A stretch of DNA of 63,946 nt, counting the filler, from an uncultured Methanoregulaceae archaeon (GTDB lineage: Archaea > Halobacteriota > Methanomicrobia > Methanomicrobiales > Methanospirillaceae), in NCBI GenBank assembly GCA_964530035.1. It is 4 parts of 4 records of this genome, joined end to end, with 100 filler letters (N's around TTAATTAATTAA, not from the genome) between each part and the next. Parts side by side here need not be neighbours in the genome. Positions count along the whole stretch, not along the records: positions 1 to 18,275 come from CAZGXZ010000033.1; 3 more parts are not named here. One strand, 5' to 3'. A model generated the notes under the pieces. It saw nothing but the letters and a program-made list of their open reading frames with translations. It was not told the origin of the DNA and did no database searches. Within the stretch, counting starts at the first letter, position 1; the number at the start of each line of letters is the position of its first letter. The position numbers and the translations under genes are program-made. Shown here piece by piece: positions 8,799 to 18,375 of this stretch.

Positions 8799-10196
8799 AT
8801 GGGATTCCATGCGGATATCTGCAGAGGGATCAGGCGTCTCACAGAGGCAGGTGCTGTGACGGTCATCTCTCATATTGATGCCGATGGCATCGCATCGGAG
8901 GCGATCCTCAGTGAAGCCTGTTCGCGGGCAGGTATCCCGAACCGTTCAGTTTTTATCCGCCAGCTGGAACCACTTACAATCGGACTTGTCCCGCGGGACG
9001 GGAGCCTCAAGGTCTTTACCGATCTTGGCGCGGGACAGCAGCAGCTCCTTGCTGAAAATGGTTTTTCCGAGGACGAGGTCCTCATTATTGACCACCATGT
9101 GGGCCAGGAGGGGGATGTCCCCTACCTGCAGGTAAACTGCCTTCCCCACGGATATGGCAAGATGAGCGCTGCGGGAGTCTCGTATTTTATCGCAAAGGGC
9201 ATGGATCCAAGGAATACCGACCTGGCGAAGGTGGCCGTCGTGGGAAATGTCGGGGACATGATGGCCCGGGAGGACCTGGGCCTGGTCGGGCCGGCCCGCG
9301 AGATCGTTGCGGATGGAGAGCGGCGGGGAGATATCCTGGTCGAGGGCAAGAACCTGAACGCCTATGGTATCTCGACCAGACCGGTCCATATCTGCCTGGC
9401 CTATTGCGATGACCCATTTATCCCGGGGATCAGCAATAATATCCAGACTGCACTGAGATTCCTCGAAAACCTCGGGGTTCCGGTCCGTGACCGTGACGGG
9501 AGGTGGCTTGTATGGGAGGACCTGCCCAGGGAGGCACGGATACAGGTCATAAGCGCCCTCGTCGAACAACTCACTTCTCACGGGGAGCCACCGGACAGGC
9601 TCCTGGCCGAGACCTATACTTTTCCCGGTGAAATCCCGAAATCACCGGTTAGAAACGCCTCCGAGTTCGCAACGGTACTCAATGCATGCGGCAGGTGGTC
9701 AAAGCCAGCCATCGGCTCGGCAATATGCCGGGGACAAAGGGGTGAGGCACTCAGGGACGCAGAGCACATGCTGACAAACCACAGGGCGGTCATCAGGGAT
9801 CTGCTGCAGTATATCCTCGAAACGGGCGTGGTCGAGCTTTCACACCTCCAGTACATGCATGTCGGGAGCCGGTACCCGGACACGGTGGTCGGTATCGGGG
9901 CAGGAATGGCACTCAACAGGCTAAACTGGGAAAAACCGGTCCTTATCATGTGTGATCTCCCCCTTGAACCTGCTGTCACGAAAATTTCGATGAGGACGAA
10001 CGAACGCATGGTCAGGAAGGGTATAGATCTCCAGCAGGTACTGACCGTGGCATCCAGGGAAATAGGTGGCGCCGGGGGGGGGCACCGGATCGCCGCCGGC
10101 GCCTATATTCCGAAGGAAAGAGAACAATGGTTTGTCAACCGTGTCAATGAGTTACTCAGCGAACAGTCTCCTCCGCCGGCTCCAGGTCATTGCTGA
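8799..10196 (+). CDS. DHH/DHHA1 phosphoesterase, RecJ-like (GAN/Cdc45-related) nuclease
   Basis: SHIDADG, TDLG, IDHH, GGGHRIAAGA motifs; likely start ATG 8799. Confidence 0.9.
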   Translation: MGFHADICRGIRRLTEAGAVTVISHIDADGIASEAILSEACSRAGIPNRSVFIRQLEPLTIGLVPRDGSLKVFTDLGAGQQQLLAENGFSEDEVLIIDHHVGQEGDVPYLQVNCLPHGYGKMSAAGVSYFIAKGMDPRNTDLAKVAVVGNVGDMMAREDLGLVGPAREIVADGERRGDILVEGKNLNAYGISTRPVHICLAYCDDPFIPGISNNIQTALRFLENLGVPVRDRDGRWLVWEDLPREARIQVISALVEQLTSHGEPPDRLLAETYTFPGEIPKSPVRNASEFATVLNACGRWSKPAIGSAICRGQRGEALRDAEHMLTNHRAVIRDLLQYILETGVVELSHLQYMHVGSRYPDTVVGIGAGMALNRLNWEKPVLIMCDLPLEPAVTKISMRTNERMVRKGIDLQQVLTVASREIGGAGGGHRIAAGAYIPKEREQWFVNRVNELLSEQSPPPAPGHC

Positions 10197-10620
10197 TTTC
10201 CAGTTTGGCAGGGATGTCGGGACGAATCTTCTGCCAGAGGGCTGTACATTCATTCTTGCGAGGTCAGGTCAGCCGCGGCAGGTCCTGCTCGACGGAAAAA
10301 GACTTGCTACGCTCCGGGCATCGGACGGCAGGCTGACCCTCGGAATCGAGGGTGCCATGCGCCTCCACGATATTCTCAGCCCGCCTTCCTACCGCGTCGT
10401 GATACAGGAGGACGTGGCAGCCTACATCATGCGCGGTAAAAACGCATTCGCCCGGCATGTTGTATCCGCAGACGGATCCATCAGGGCAGGGGACGAGGTA
10501 ATTGTCGTCGGAGAGAATGACAGGATCCTCGGGACCGGCAGTGCAGTCCTCTCAGGAACGGAGATGATGGCCTTTAAGTCAGGTGTTGCCGTACTGGTAC
10601 GGCAGGGAACAGAACCATGA
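10147..10620 (+). CDS. PUA-domain protein (C-terminal part of a split archaeosine tRNA-guanine transglycosylase)
   Basis: IADFQFG, RLATLRASDG, GKNAFARHV, IRAGDEV, GVAVLVR. Confidence 0.8.
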   Translation: MSYSANSLLRRLQVIADFQFGRDVGTNLLPEGCTFILARSGQPRQVLLDGKRLATLRASDGRLTLGIEGAMRLHDILSPPSYRVVIQEDVAAYIMRGKNAFARHVVSADGSIRAGDEVIVVGENDRILGTGSAVLSGTEMMAFKSGVAVLVRQGTEP

Positions 10621-10955
10621 TGCCAGGAAACATGAACCCCAAGCGAATGAAGCAGATGATGAAGCAACTTGGCATGGAAGTTGCACCCATTGAAGACGTC
10701 ACATCAATCGTAATATCGACACCCAAAGGGGACTATGTATTCGATACGGCTGAAGTCACTGCCATGACGATGCAGGGCATCACGACCTACCAGATCGCCG
10801 GAACACCCCGCTTCAGGGAGGCTGCCGCCGTGATACCAGAGGAGGACATCGCCATGGTCGCAGAACAGGCGCAGGTAAGCCCTGATGATGCAAAGACCGC
10901 CCTCGTTGAGACGAAGGGGGATATTGCAGAAGCCATTCTCAGACTCGCGAAATGA
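10617..10955 (+). CDS. nac: Nascent polypeptide-associated complex protein
   Basis: MNPKRMKQMMKQLG N-terminus; UBA-like C-terminus GDIAEAI. Confidence 0.95.
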   Translation: MMPGNMNPKRMKQMMKQLGMEVAPIEDVTSIVISTPKGDYVFDTAEVTAMTMQGITTYQIAGTPRFREAAAVIPEEDIAMVAEQAQVSPDDAKTALVETKGDIAEAILRLAK

Positions 10956-11689
10956 TAACGCGGTGTATTGGGGAAGGAGACCGGCTTGTCATCACCGGGG
11001 AAAGCCGGACCTACTTTGTTAAGGCGGGGTCACCGCCACTGTCGACCGACCTGGGAATCATTGACCTGAAGGGGGTCATCGGGGCTCCGTTTGGTTCGAC
11101 CATCAAAAGTCACAAGGGGGTGTCCTTTACGATACGGCAACCCCGTCCAACGGACTATTTTTCCCATTCCCGGCGCACAGGTGCACCCATGCTCCCGAAA
11201 GACATAGGGATGGTCATAGGGTTTACCGGAATGAACAGGTCCGACAGGGTGCTTGATGCCGGGACAGGTAGCGGAATCGCTGCGATCTACTATGGAGGAA
11301 TAGCCGCACGCGTGGAGAGTTACGAACACAGGGAGTCTTTCGCACGGGCTGCGGCAGAAAACATCGCAGAGGCAGGTCTTGATAATGTGGAAGTCATACA
11401 CGGTGATGTCCTCAGTGCTGAAGGGACCTACGATATCGTCCACCTTGACATGCACATCGGTCCTGAGCATGTCAGGCTTGCGTCGGACCTCCTCGTACCC
11501 GGGGGGTACCTTGCATGTTATACCCCCTTCCTCGAACAGACCTTTACGGTATATGATACCGCGTGTGATCGCTTTAGTGAGGTGTCAATCCATGAATGCA
11601 TTGAGAGGGAGCTCACCAGGTCCGACCGTGGGACCCGGCCATCAACCAGGGTAGGTCACAGCGGGTATATCACCATAGCCCGGAAGTAG
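10952..11689 (+). CDS. trmI: tRNA (adenine57/58-N1)-methyltransferase
   Basis: PKDIG, VLDAGTGSG, RPSTRVGHSGYI motifs. Confidence 0.88.
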   Translation: MITRCIGEGDRLVITGESRTYFVKAGSPPLSTDLGIIDLKGVIGAPFGSTIKSHKGVSFTIRQPRPTDYFSHSRRTGAPMLPKDIGMVIGFTGMNRSDRVLDAGTGSGIAAIYYGGIAARVESYEHRESFARAAAENIAEAGLDNVEVIHGDVLSAEGTYDIVHLDMHIGPEHVRLASDLLVPGGYLACYTPFLEQTFTVYDTACDRFSEVSIHECIERELTRSDRGTRPSTRVGHSGYITIARK

Positions 11690-12066
11690 GGGAACCAGAT
11701 GGACATATCCAACAGTATACTCCCTGGGGCGGACAATACACGTCACTACAGGAGGAAAACGTGTTCCTCTGCAGGACAGGGATACGGGGTCTTCACTACA
11801 GACCCCGCCGTGGAAAAAGCGTCGTTACCCGGGGTTTTTGCCTATTTGGGGCATGAAACAGAAAAGTCATTGGTACAGGGAATGCCCGGGGCCACGGGAT
11901 TCATGCGGGACTGCTTATATAGTTTGACGAAATCAACCCCACCGGGCAGTAATGACAAAATATCCGGTTTTTTAGCGTTTTCCAATTACAGGACATATCC
12001 CGGTTTATTTTCCAAACGAGTGATGAATAATGATTTTTTCTTCTGAATTGTGCAGGATTAAGAGAG

Positions 12067-12079
12067 AAAGTTTATTAAG
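12067..12079 (+). promoter_or_regulatory. BRE-TATA promoter for the sheath-like gene
   Basis: Purine-rich BRE followed by TTTATTAA; AGGAGG SD at ~12131 before ATG 12143. Confidence 0.6.
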
Positions 12080-12142
12080 GGTCAGTAACTAAAAACAATG
12101 GTTGATGCTGAGAGTATCAGCATGAATTGTAGGAGGAAAATA

Positions 12143-12973
12143 ATGAAGTCAAACGGATTTGTAGGTGTCGCACTCATCTCAATGGCAGTGCTGGTTGCAT
12201 TCACCGGCTTTGCCATGGCTGACCGACTCCCCAACGCGACTCCTGAAAACCAGGTCTTCTCTGTGACCTCGGCTGTCGAGGCAATTGGAACCTATGCTGG
12301 CTCCCAGTCGCTCCAGTGGACCCTGAACGGACCCATGTATGCAGGCCTTCACACCGGTATCCTTAGGGCCGATGAAGTAAGAGCCACCACGGCATACTCC
12401 GAGTCAACCGAGACCAACGGTGGATACGCGTCTGAGACCAAGACGTTCGCGATGGACACCAGGAACAAGGCACTCGACCTGTTCAACGTCGAGACCTCGA
12501 AGACCTTCACGTACGCAACCGATGCAAACACCGGCAGTGTCGCCCAGACCTCTGAAATGATTGCAATCGACCTCATGGGCAACTCGACCCTGACGTCTGA
12601 TGTCATTGCATGTCCGTTCGGACCTTCTGTCAGCGAGTACTACCCCGCATTCTGTAACGTAGTCTACGCCAAGTCGATGAGCCAGGGTGTTACCTCGGCA
12701 GCAATGTCCAGCACCGCTCAGACCAGGACTGTTGCAGCAACCGCTGATGTCGGAAGCGCACTGAACTACAACTTCGATGTCAAGCCTGATGCATCTGCAG
12801 GTGTTGGCTACGCGATGGGTACCTTCGGCACTGAGTTCGGTGTCTCGATCAAGGAAGCCCGCGGCAACAACATGACGCCTTCACAGACCGTTGTCTACAC
12901 TGACAAGGCAACTGTTGCAGGCATGGTCGCGAAGTTCAACAAGCAGTACGCTTACAAGGGCTTCTTCGGCTGA
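12143..12973 (+). CDS. Secreted beta-rich protein, Methanospirillum MspA/SH-like sheath protein (paralog 1)
   Basis: Signal peptide ending FTGFAMA-D, NATPENQ, DTRNK, CPF-x(9)-FCNVV, AATADV, terminal YTDKATVAG..FNKQYAY; T/S/A-rich; strong codon bias. Family recognised from recalled MspA motifs. Confidence 0.7.
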   Translation: MKSNGFVGVALISMAVLVAFTGFAMADRLPNATPENQVFSVTSAVEAIGTYAGSQSLQWTLNGPMYAGLHTGILRADEVRATTAYSESTETNGGYASETKTFAMDTRNKALDLFNVETSKTFTYATDANTGSVAQTSEMIAIDLMGNSTLTSDVIACPFGPSVSEYYPAFCNVVYAKSMSQGVTSAAMSSTAQTRTVAATADVGSALNYNFDVKPDASAGVGYAMGTFGTEFGVSIKEARGNNMTPSQTVVYTDKATVAGMVAKFNKQYAYKGFFG

Positions 12974-12974
12974 A

Positions 12975-13017
12975 TAGGATCGGGGAGTTAATCCCTACTC
13001 CAAATTTTTTCCCTTTT
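12975..13017 (+). terminator. Hairpin plus oligo-T terminator after sheath gene 1
   Basis: TAGGAT..ATCCCTA / GGAGT..ACTCC pairing followed by T runs. Confidence 0.5.
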
Positions 13018-13190
13018 GCTGTTTTAAACCTGAAGTTCATCAGATCGTTTTAAACTGTTTTAAACCCTTATTCTGCAAAAACAATTGATTTTAGGCCCTT
13101 TCCAAGAGGCTTCGCCGACCCACATATAACAAAGTATATTACCAAGGGTAGCGTATGGGTAGTTGTTCAACCCAACGCAGTGAGGGTGAT

Positions 13191-14012
13191 ATGGTTATGG
13201 GAAAGGTTGTACGGTTAGCTATGTCAGTAGCGTCAATGCTACTTGTTCTTGGGATGGTCTGGGGTGTTTCAGCGGTACGTCCGATTCCGGGCGGAGCAGA
13301 ACATTCCGGTTTATCCACGATAGTCGACGGGTATTGTGAAGGCACGACCATTGTCAACACGGACCTGAGTTATGGCAGCTCCAATGAAGACCTCAACAAT
13401 GGAGCCGCACTGGCAACAGGCGAGGTCATGGGAACGATAGGGTACCGCCAGAATGTGCTTGCCCAGAACGGGACCACCGACTATGTGCGTAGTCTCGAGC
13501 TGGACACCCGGAACGCTACCGCGGGTAACAGAAACCTTGAGGTCCAGAATGCAATCTCCTACCTTGCAAATGGAACCGGCTCCATGGTGTACAGTGAGGC
13601 TGTAGCACTCGATATTTATGCCAACAGTACGACCGACAGCAGTATCAGCTGCCCGTTCGGGCCGAACCCTGCCGAAGTCCCGGCATCCCATGCAAGCATC
13701 GTGGCGGGAAGCGATATGATCGGGGTCAAGGAAGTAGCCCTGAACACGGAGTCAGGAGCTACATCGACGGCTGCATCGCTCGATGTGCCGGTAAGCCTGA
13801 CGTACAACTTCGATGCACAGGGTATTCCTGGCGTTGGTGGCGATGCCCTTGCCGAGGGTTCGGCAACGGTGTACATGACCGCATCAGTCGAGGGTGGCAA
13901 TGGCATGGGTAACGCTACGGGCACCCACATCGAGTACAATGATGTGACGCATGTAGACGGTCTCTTCGACCTCGCGAAACAGATGGGATACAGTTCCACA
14001 TCTGTCGTCTAA
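13191..14012 (+). CDS. Secreted MspA/SH-like sheath protein (paralog 2)
   Basis: Signal peptide; LDTRN, CPFGP, DVPVSLTYNFD, terminal YNDVTHVDGLFDLAKQMGY are collinear with paralog 1. Confidence 0.68.
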   Translation: MVMGKVVRLAMSVASMLLVLGMVWGVSAVRPIPGGAEHSGLSTIVDGYCEGTTIVNTDLSYGSSNEDLNNGAALATGEVMGTIGYRQNVLAQNGTTDYVRSLELDTRNATAGNRNLEVQNAISYLANGTGSMVYSEAVALDIYANSTTDSSISCPFGPNPAEVPASHASIVAGSDMIGVKEVALNTESGATSTAASLDVPVSLTYNFDAQGIPGVGGDALAEGSATVYMTASVEGGNGMGNATGTHIEYNDVTHVDGLFDLAKQMGYSSTSVV

Positions 14013-14856
14013 ATATTTTTTCTCTTTTCCGGTAGGATTACAGGGACCTCTGAACATATTGTTGCGTTGTCAGGGGAGGTGCATTCTCTCGGCCAAGCGG
14101 AGATAGTTATAAAAATCACCTTTATTCCCGCTGAGGCCAGAACAGAAAAAATTTGCCAGAAAACCCATTCCTGCCCGGCGTCGAGGCTGAAAAACCAGGA
14201 AAAACAGCGTTCCGCTGCAAAATGAACTGGGAACCCCTTCTCCAGCAGGGTCACCCCGAAAATCCCAGGTTTTGGATCTCCCGGAATATCCAGACCATAT
14301 TGAGAGGATAGTCCAGGGTTCTCTGTTGATGGAGTCTTTACAACCACCCGGTTTGCCTGAGTTATCGCTTCGTCTCTTTGAATCGGGGATTCTGTGGCGG
14401 AGAGGTATTTCCATAACTGTTCTCAGGTTATACCCTGTTTCTCTTGGGATTTGTCCAAGGTCATCCCCTAATGAAAAAGATCTCCTATCATCAGAACGGT
14501 CTCCACTTACGGCATTGCCACTAACCTTCACGTTACTACCTGAAGGTTGTCAGCCGGGCACTCTTATCCCGCCGAAAGTGAGGAGAAGTATCCTGGTGGG
14601 GACAGTGATGGTGAAATGATTTCAAGATACCATAGGATACTCTGATTCGCAGCGTGAGGGTGATTCCATCCCCGTTCTCTGCAACTAGAGAGGGCAACCA
14701 GCCCTTCGGGAGCATCTCATCATGCCTGCAAATGCTGGTTGGAAGGTCCTTTATTACGGAGAGATGCTTATTTTAATAGCCCTTCATACCAGGGGAATAA
14801 CAGGTGAAAAGGATCCGCAATAAGGGAATCAATGAAGGAATAAAAAAGATTAAACC

Positions 14857-15324
14857 TTATTTGGTTTTTACGCTATACGCTTGGCCAAACGAGGATGTAA
14901 AGGTACCAGCAATCGAGATACCGAAATCCCTTCCACTGGGACTGAATTTTACCCAAGGCCTGTCACTTCCGCTCTGGCTGAAAAGCTTGTTGTCCCAGAC
15001 AATTCCACCTGCCGAAGAGATATCGGATGGGAATCCTTTCGCATAATCATCGCTGGTGTATACCTTAACATCTGCCGCATTACTCGGAATAATACCGGCA
15101 CCGGTTGTGCTCCCCGACGTAGGGTAGTAGTATTTGGTTGTGTTACCAAATTTCGTCTTGGAAAGCCAGTCAGCGCTGTAAACATTATCTTTAACCGTGG
15201 ATTTCGCCGTGGTCGCACTCCCGAACTTCAGCGAAAGGGTCTGTGAAAATGCAGCTGTAGCCAGGCCGGCAAAGCACAGCGTCAGCACAAGAATGATTGC
15301 AATGAAGCGAACTAATCTGCTCAT
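14857..15324 (-). CDS. Secreted S/T/G-rich hypothetical protein
   Basis: GGAGGTG SD, Sec signal peptide (LATAA), beta-strand-like composition. Confidence 0.75.
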   Translation of the reverse strand: MSRLVRFIAIILVLTLCFAGLATAAFSQTLSLKFGSATTAKSTVKDNVYSADWLSKTKFGNTTKYYYPTSGSTTGAGIIPSNAADVKVYTSDDYAKGFPSDISSAGGIVWDNKLFSQSGSDRPWVKFSPSGRDFGISIAGTFTSSFGQAYSVKTK

Positions 15325-15712
15325 ATCACACCTCCCCGTGTACAGGGATATAATGAGTATTCATCCATATCACAAATAAATATTGGCATTTTTTGCGAAT
15401 GGAGACAGAGAAATCAGATGAAGATCGGGAGGAGAAAACCTGTAACCGCCTTTTATTCGAATTGTTTCCGAGGAGGCATTTTCATTATCCCTTACTGTGT
15501 TAAATAAACCCCGTCTTTTCAACCATATACAAAAAATGACGGATGATTTATCACTTCACCATATCGTATAAAGAAAAATGGGGGTATCCAAACGAAAATA
15601 TTCTCTGCTTAACCGGATGGTATGAACACCTTGAAAAGCGAGGAGGGTTTTCCAGGCGACTCCTCTCCTCATGATGTGTCAATAAAAATGGTTGAGCAGA
15701 AATTAAGAATTT

Positions 15713-16105
15713 TTACCAGCTGTTCGTATAGATAACCGCCGGTACATTTCCAAGGTCGATAAACCCATAGGAGTATGTCTTCGACATGCGGAACGTTCCA
15801 TTCAAAGCCGCCTTGTCAAGATAACTATTCTTGAACCATCCATAGTCATTCATGAGGTCAAACGTAATCCTGCTGTTCCCTGTGACGCCGGTGCTGCCGG
15901 ACGGGAGCTTGACCCCGCCTATCTGGAGAGGTTCACTCACCGCTGCAGGGTACAGAGAGGACCCCTTTTTAACCAGCGACTTGAAATTCCCTGAACCAAA
16001 GTCCTTTGCTGCAAAAACGGGTGATGCTATCAATACGAGTACTAACACCGCAGCAACAAACATGATCCCTGCATGATAGGGATAGGGGCGCACTGGTGAT
16101 TTCAT
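15713..16105 (-). CDS. Small secreted protein with a sheath-protein-like C-terminal motif
   Basis: Signal peptide (SPVFA); YLDKAALNGTFRMSKTYSY aligns with the C-termini of both sheath-like genes. Confidence 0.72.
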   Translation of the reverse strand: MKSPVRPYPYHAGIMFVAAVLVLVLIASPVFAAKDFGSGNFKSLVKKGSSLYPAAVSEPLQIGGVKLPSGSTGVTGNSRITFDLMNDYGWFKNSYLDKAALNGTFRMSKTYSYGFIDLGNVPAVIYTNSW

Positions 16106-16251
16106 TGAATAACGTATAGTGTGGTCTACACCGGAGATAAGGTTTCTTCCTTAGTAACTCCCTGTTCCTGCTCCCTCATGTCTGCCGTCATGACGAATGG
16201 TTTCATACCTTTCAGGAACTATTTATTGAATCGGAATTAAAAGTACAGGCC

Positions 16252-18048
16252 ATGCGATACGGGATAGCAATCCCCTTTCTCCTGATACTCCTTTTCATGG
16301 GGATTTCAGGGTGTACAACCCAGCAGGCGCCGGCCCTGCCCGCCCCTTCAGTTCAGGCCAACATGTCCATATATCATACGGCACTCACCCTTGAGAACTC
16401 TGGCAATGCTACCGCCGCACTTGCCGCCTACAATGAATCAATCCGCCAGTTCCCGGGGAATGCAACGATAATTGCCAAAAGGGGCAACCTTCTAGCCCGC
16501 ATGGGTGATTTCAGCAGTGCTCTTGAAGCGTACAATACAAGCCTGAAAATCGATCCGTCGCTTGCAATAGTATGGGGTTATAAAGGCGATATCTACTTCA
16601 ACCAGGGAAAGTACGATGCAGCCGTTGATGCCTATGACCAGGCACTGAAAATAGACCCAAAACTCCCGGTAGCATGGGGGTACAAGGGGATCACGTACCA
16701 GAAGATGAACCAGTCTGAGAAGGCGCTGGAAGCCTATACAAAGGCACTTGAGCTGGACCCGGGGAATGCTGCCCTGTGGGGATATAAGGGTGCACTCCTC
16801 AAGGACATGCAACGATATAATGAGTCTGTTGCCGCATACCAGGAGATGATCGCCCTCAATATGACCGACGCCCAGACCTACGCCGATATCGCACTTATGA
16901 TGAGTTCGATGGGAAAATTCAATGAAACCCTGCCGGTGTACCAGAAATATCTTGAACTGAGGCCGAATGACACCTATGCCTACGCCTATCTCGCATATTC
17001 CTATAACAGCCTGGGAAGGTTCGATGAAGGGATCTCTGCTGCGGACAAGGCACTTTCGATAGACCCCAGGAACCTTGTCGCCTTGAACAACAAGGGGTAC
17101 GCGTATTCTGCAACAGGCAACTTCAGCGCAGCATTGAACGTCTATGATGAGGCCGTCAAGCTGGAGCCCAAGGGGCCTGCAACCTGGACGAACAGAGGAT
17201 TTGCCCTTTCAGGCCTCGGAAAGCTGAACGAAGCCGATGCATCGTTTGCGAAGGCCATAGAGCTTGACCCGAAGAACGCCATGCTGTATTCATACAGGAG
17301 CAGCGTCCTGATGCGTCTCGGGAAGAACCAGGATGCCGGAAAGATGGCAGAAAAAGCTCTTGAACTTGACCCGGAGAATGTTCTCGCATATCAGAACCTC
17401 GGGAAGAGCTATTACTACCAGGCCCAGTACGACAAGGCACTATCTGTGTTCAACACATCACTGTCCATCGATCCCTCGAACCGGAACACCTGGGTTAGTA
17501 TGCTTGATACCCTGGAGAAACTCGGGCGCAGGGATGAAGGCGCAAAATTCTTCGATAAACTGCTCGAGAAGGATCCGACAAACGTGACCGCACTGATGAA
17601 CAAGGCCATTGCACTTGACCGACTTGGCAGGTACGACGAATCAAACAGGTTGTATGAGAAGGTCCTTGCCATCAGTCCGAATACAACAGATGCCGCACAA
17701 CAAAGGGGGTATGCCCTTATCAATGGGGGCAACTACCTTGACGCCATATCAGCCTTCGACCAGGTCCTCCTGGTTGACCCCAAGAATACCCTGGCGCTGG
17801 TCTACAAGGGTATTGCACTGTTCAGGGTGGACAGGGTCGATGATGCCATCGATAACTACAACAGGGCCCTATCCATAGAACCTGACAATGTCCTTGCATT
17901 AAACAACCTCGGCCATGCCTACTTCCGGCAGGGCAGGCTTGATGAGGCATACGACGCGTATGGAAAAGTACTCTCCATGGACCCGGGTAACTGGGAGGCA
18001 AACTACGGAAAAGACAGGGTGATGCAGGTATTCTATCCGAACAGCTAG
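16252..18048 (+). CDS. TPR-repeat lipoprotein
   Basis: Lipobox ISG-C; tandem 34-aa TPRs over almost the whole length; many N-x-S/T sequons. Confidence 0.92.
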   Translation: MRYGIAIPFLLILLFMGISGCTTQQAPALPAPSVQANMSIYHTALTLENSGNATAALAAYNESIRQFPGNATIIAKRGNLLARMGDFSSALEAYNTSLKIDPSLAIVWGYKGDIYFNQGKYDAAVDAYDQALKIDPKLPVAWGYKGITYQKMNQSEKALEAYTKALELDPGNAALWGYKGALLKDMQRYNESVAAYQEMIALNMTDAQTYADIALMMSSMGKFNETLPVYQKYLELRPNDTYAYAYLAYSYNSLGRFDEGISAADKALSIDPRNLVALNNKGYAYSATGNFSAALNVYDEAVKLEPKGPATWTNRGFALSGLGKLNEADASFAKAIELDPKNAMLYSYRSSVLMRLGKNQDAGKMAEKALELDPENVLAYQNLGKSYYYQAQYDKALSVFNTSLSIDPSNRNTWVSMLDTLEKLGRRDEGAKFFDKLLEKDPTNVTALMNKAIALDRLGRYDESNRLYEKVLAISPNTTDAAQQRGYALINGGNYLDAISAFDQVLLVDPKNTLALVYKGIALFRVDRVDDAIDNYNRALSIEPDNVLALNNLGHAYFRQGRLDEAYDAYGKVLSMDPGNWEANYGKDRVMQVFYPNS

Positions 18049-18057
18049 GACGGGGGT

Positions 18058-18273
18058 TCAACCCGTCCAGAAATGTTCATACCCCTTTTTTTCCAGGTAT
18101 TCTCCATCCACGAGCACCCTTTCCTCTTCAATAACACTGCCTATCACGGCCATTCCCTCCAACAGATGCTTCTCACGGCCTTGGGGGATTGTTGCGATGA
18201 GCTCGGAGTCCCCTCCACCAGGCAGTGTAAAGAGACGGGTCTCTTCCGTGGAAATACCTTCAGGACAAGGTAT
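18058..18273 (-). CDS. thiL: Thiamine-monophosphate kinase, C-terminal fragment (contig end)
   Basis: Manual translation ...GGGDSELIATIP...IGSV...VLVDGEYLEKKGYEHF resembles the ThiL GGGDYEL...GYxHF terminus. Confidence 0.7.
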   Translation of the reverse strand: MPCPEGISTEETRLFTLPGGGDSELIATIPQGREKHLLEGMAVIGSVIEEERVLVDGEYLEKKGYEHFWTG

Positions 18274-18275
18274 GG

Positions 18276-18375
18276 NNNNNNNNNNNNNNNNNNNNNNNNN
18301 NNNNNNNNNNNNNNNNNNNTTAATTAATTAANNNNNNNNNNNNNNNNNNNNNNNNNNNNNNNNNNNNNNNNNNNN
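18276..18375. other. Artificial contig spacer
   Basis: N44-TTAATTAATTAA-N44 with stops in all six frames. Confidence 0.98.

Noticed and set aside
14009..14619. Overlapping ORFs downstream of sheath paralog 2, and ORF 11699-12046 upstream
   Set aside because: No motifs, SD or consistent codon bias; treated as non-coding or unresolved.
18190..18275. thiL motif deviation (GGGDSEL vs GGGDYEL) as pseudogenisation
   Set aside because: The frame is open and the deviation lies at a contig end, where base quality is doubtful.
18276..18375. TTAATTAATTAA palindrome repeated at 18276, 36106 and 53195
   Set aside because: Artificial contig linker. Gene adjacencies across the linkers (thiL/echA, tRNA/cofH, cdc6/artA) are not biological evidence.
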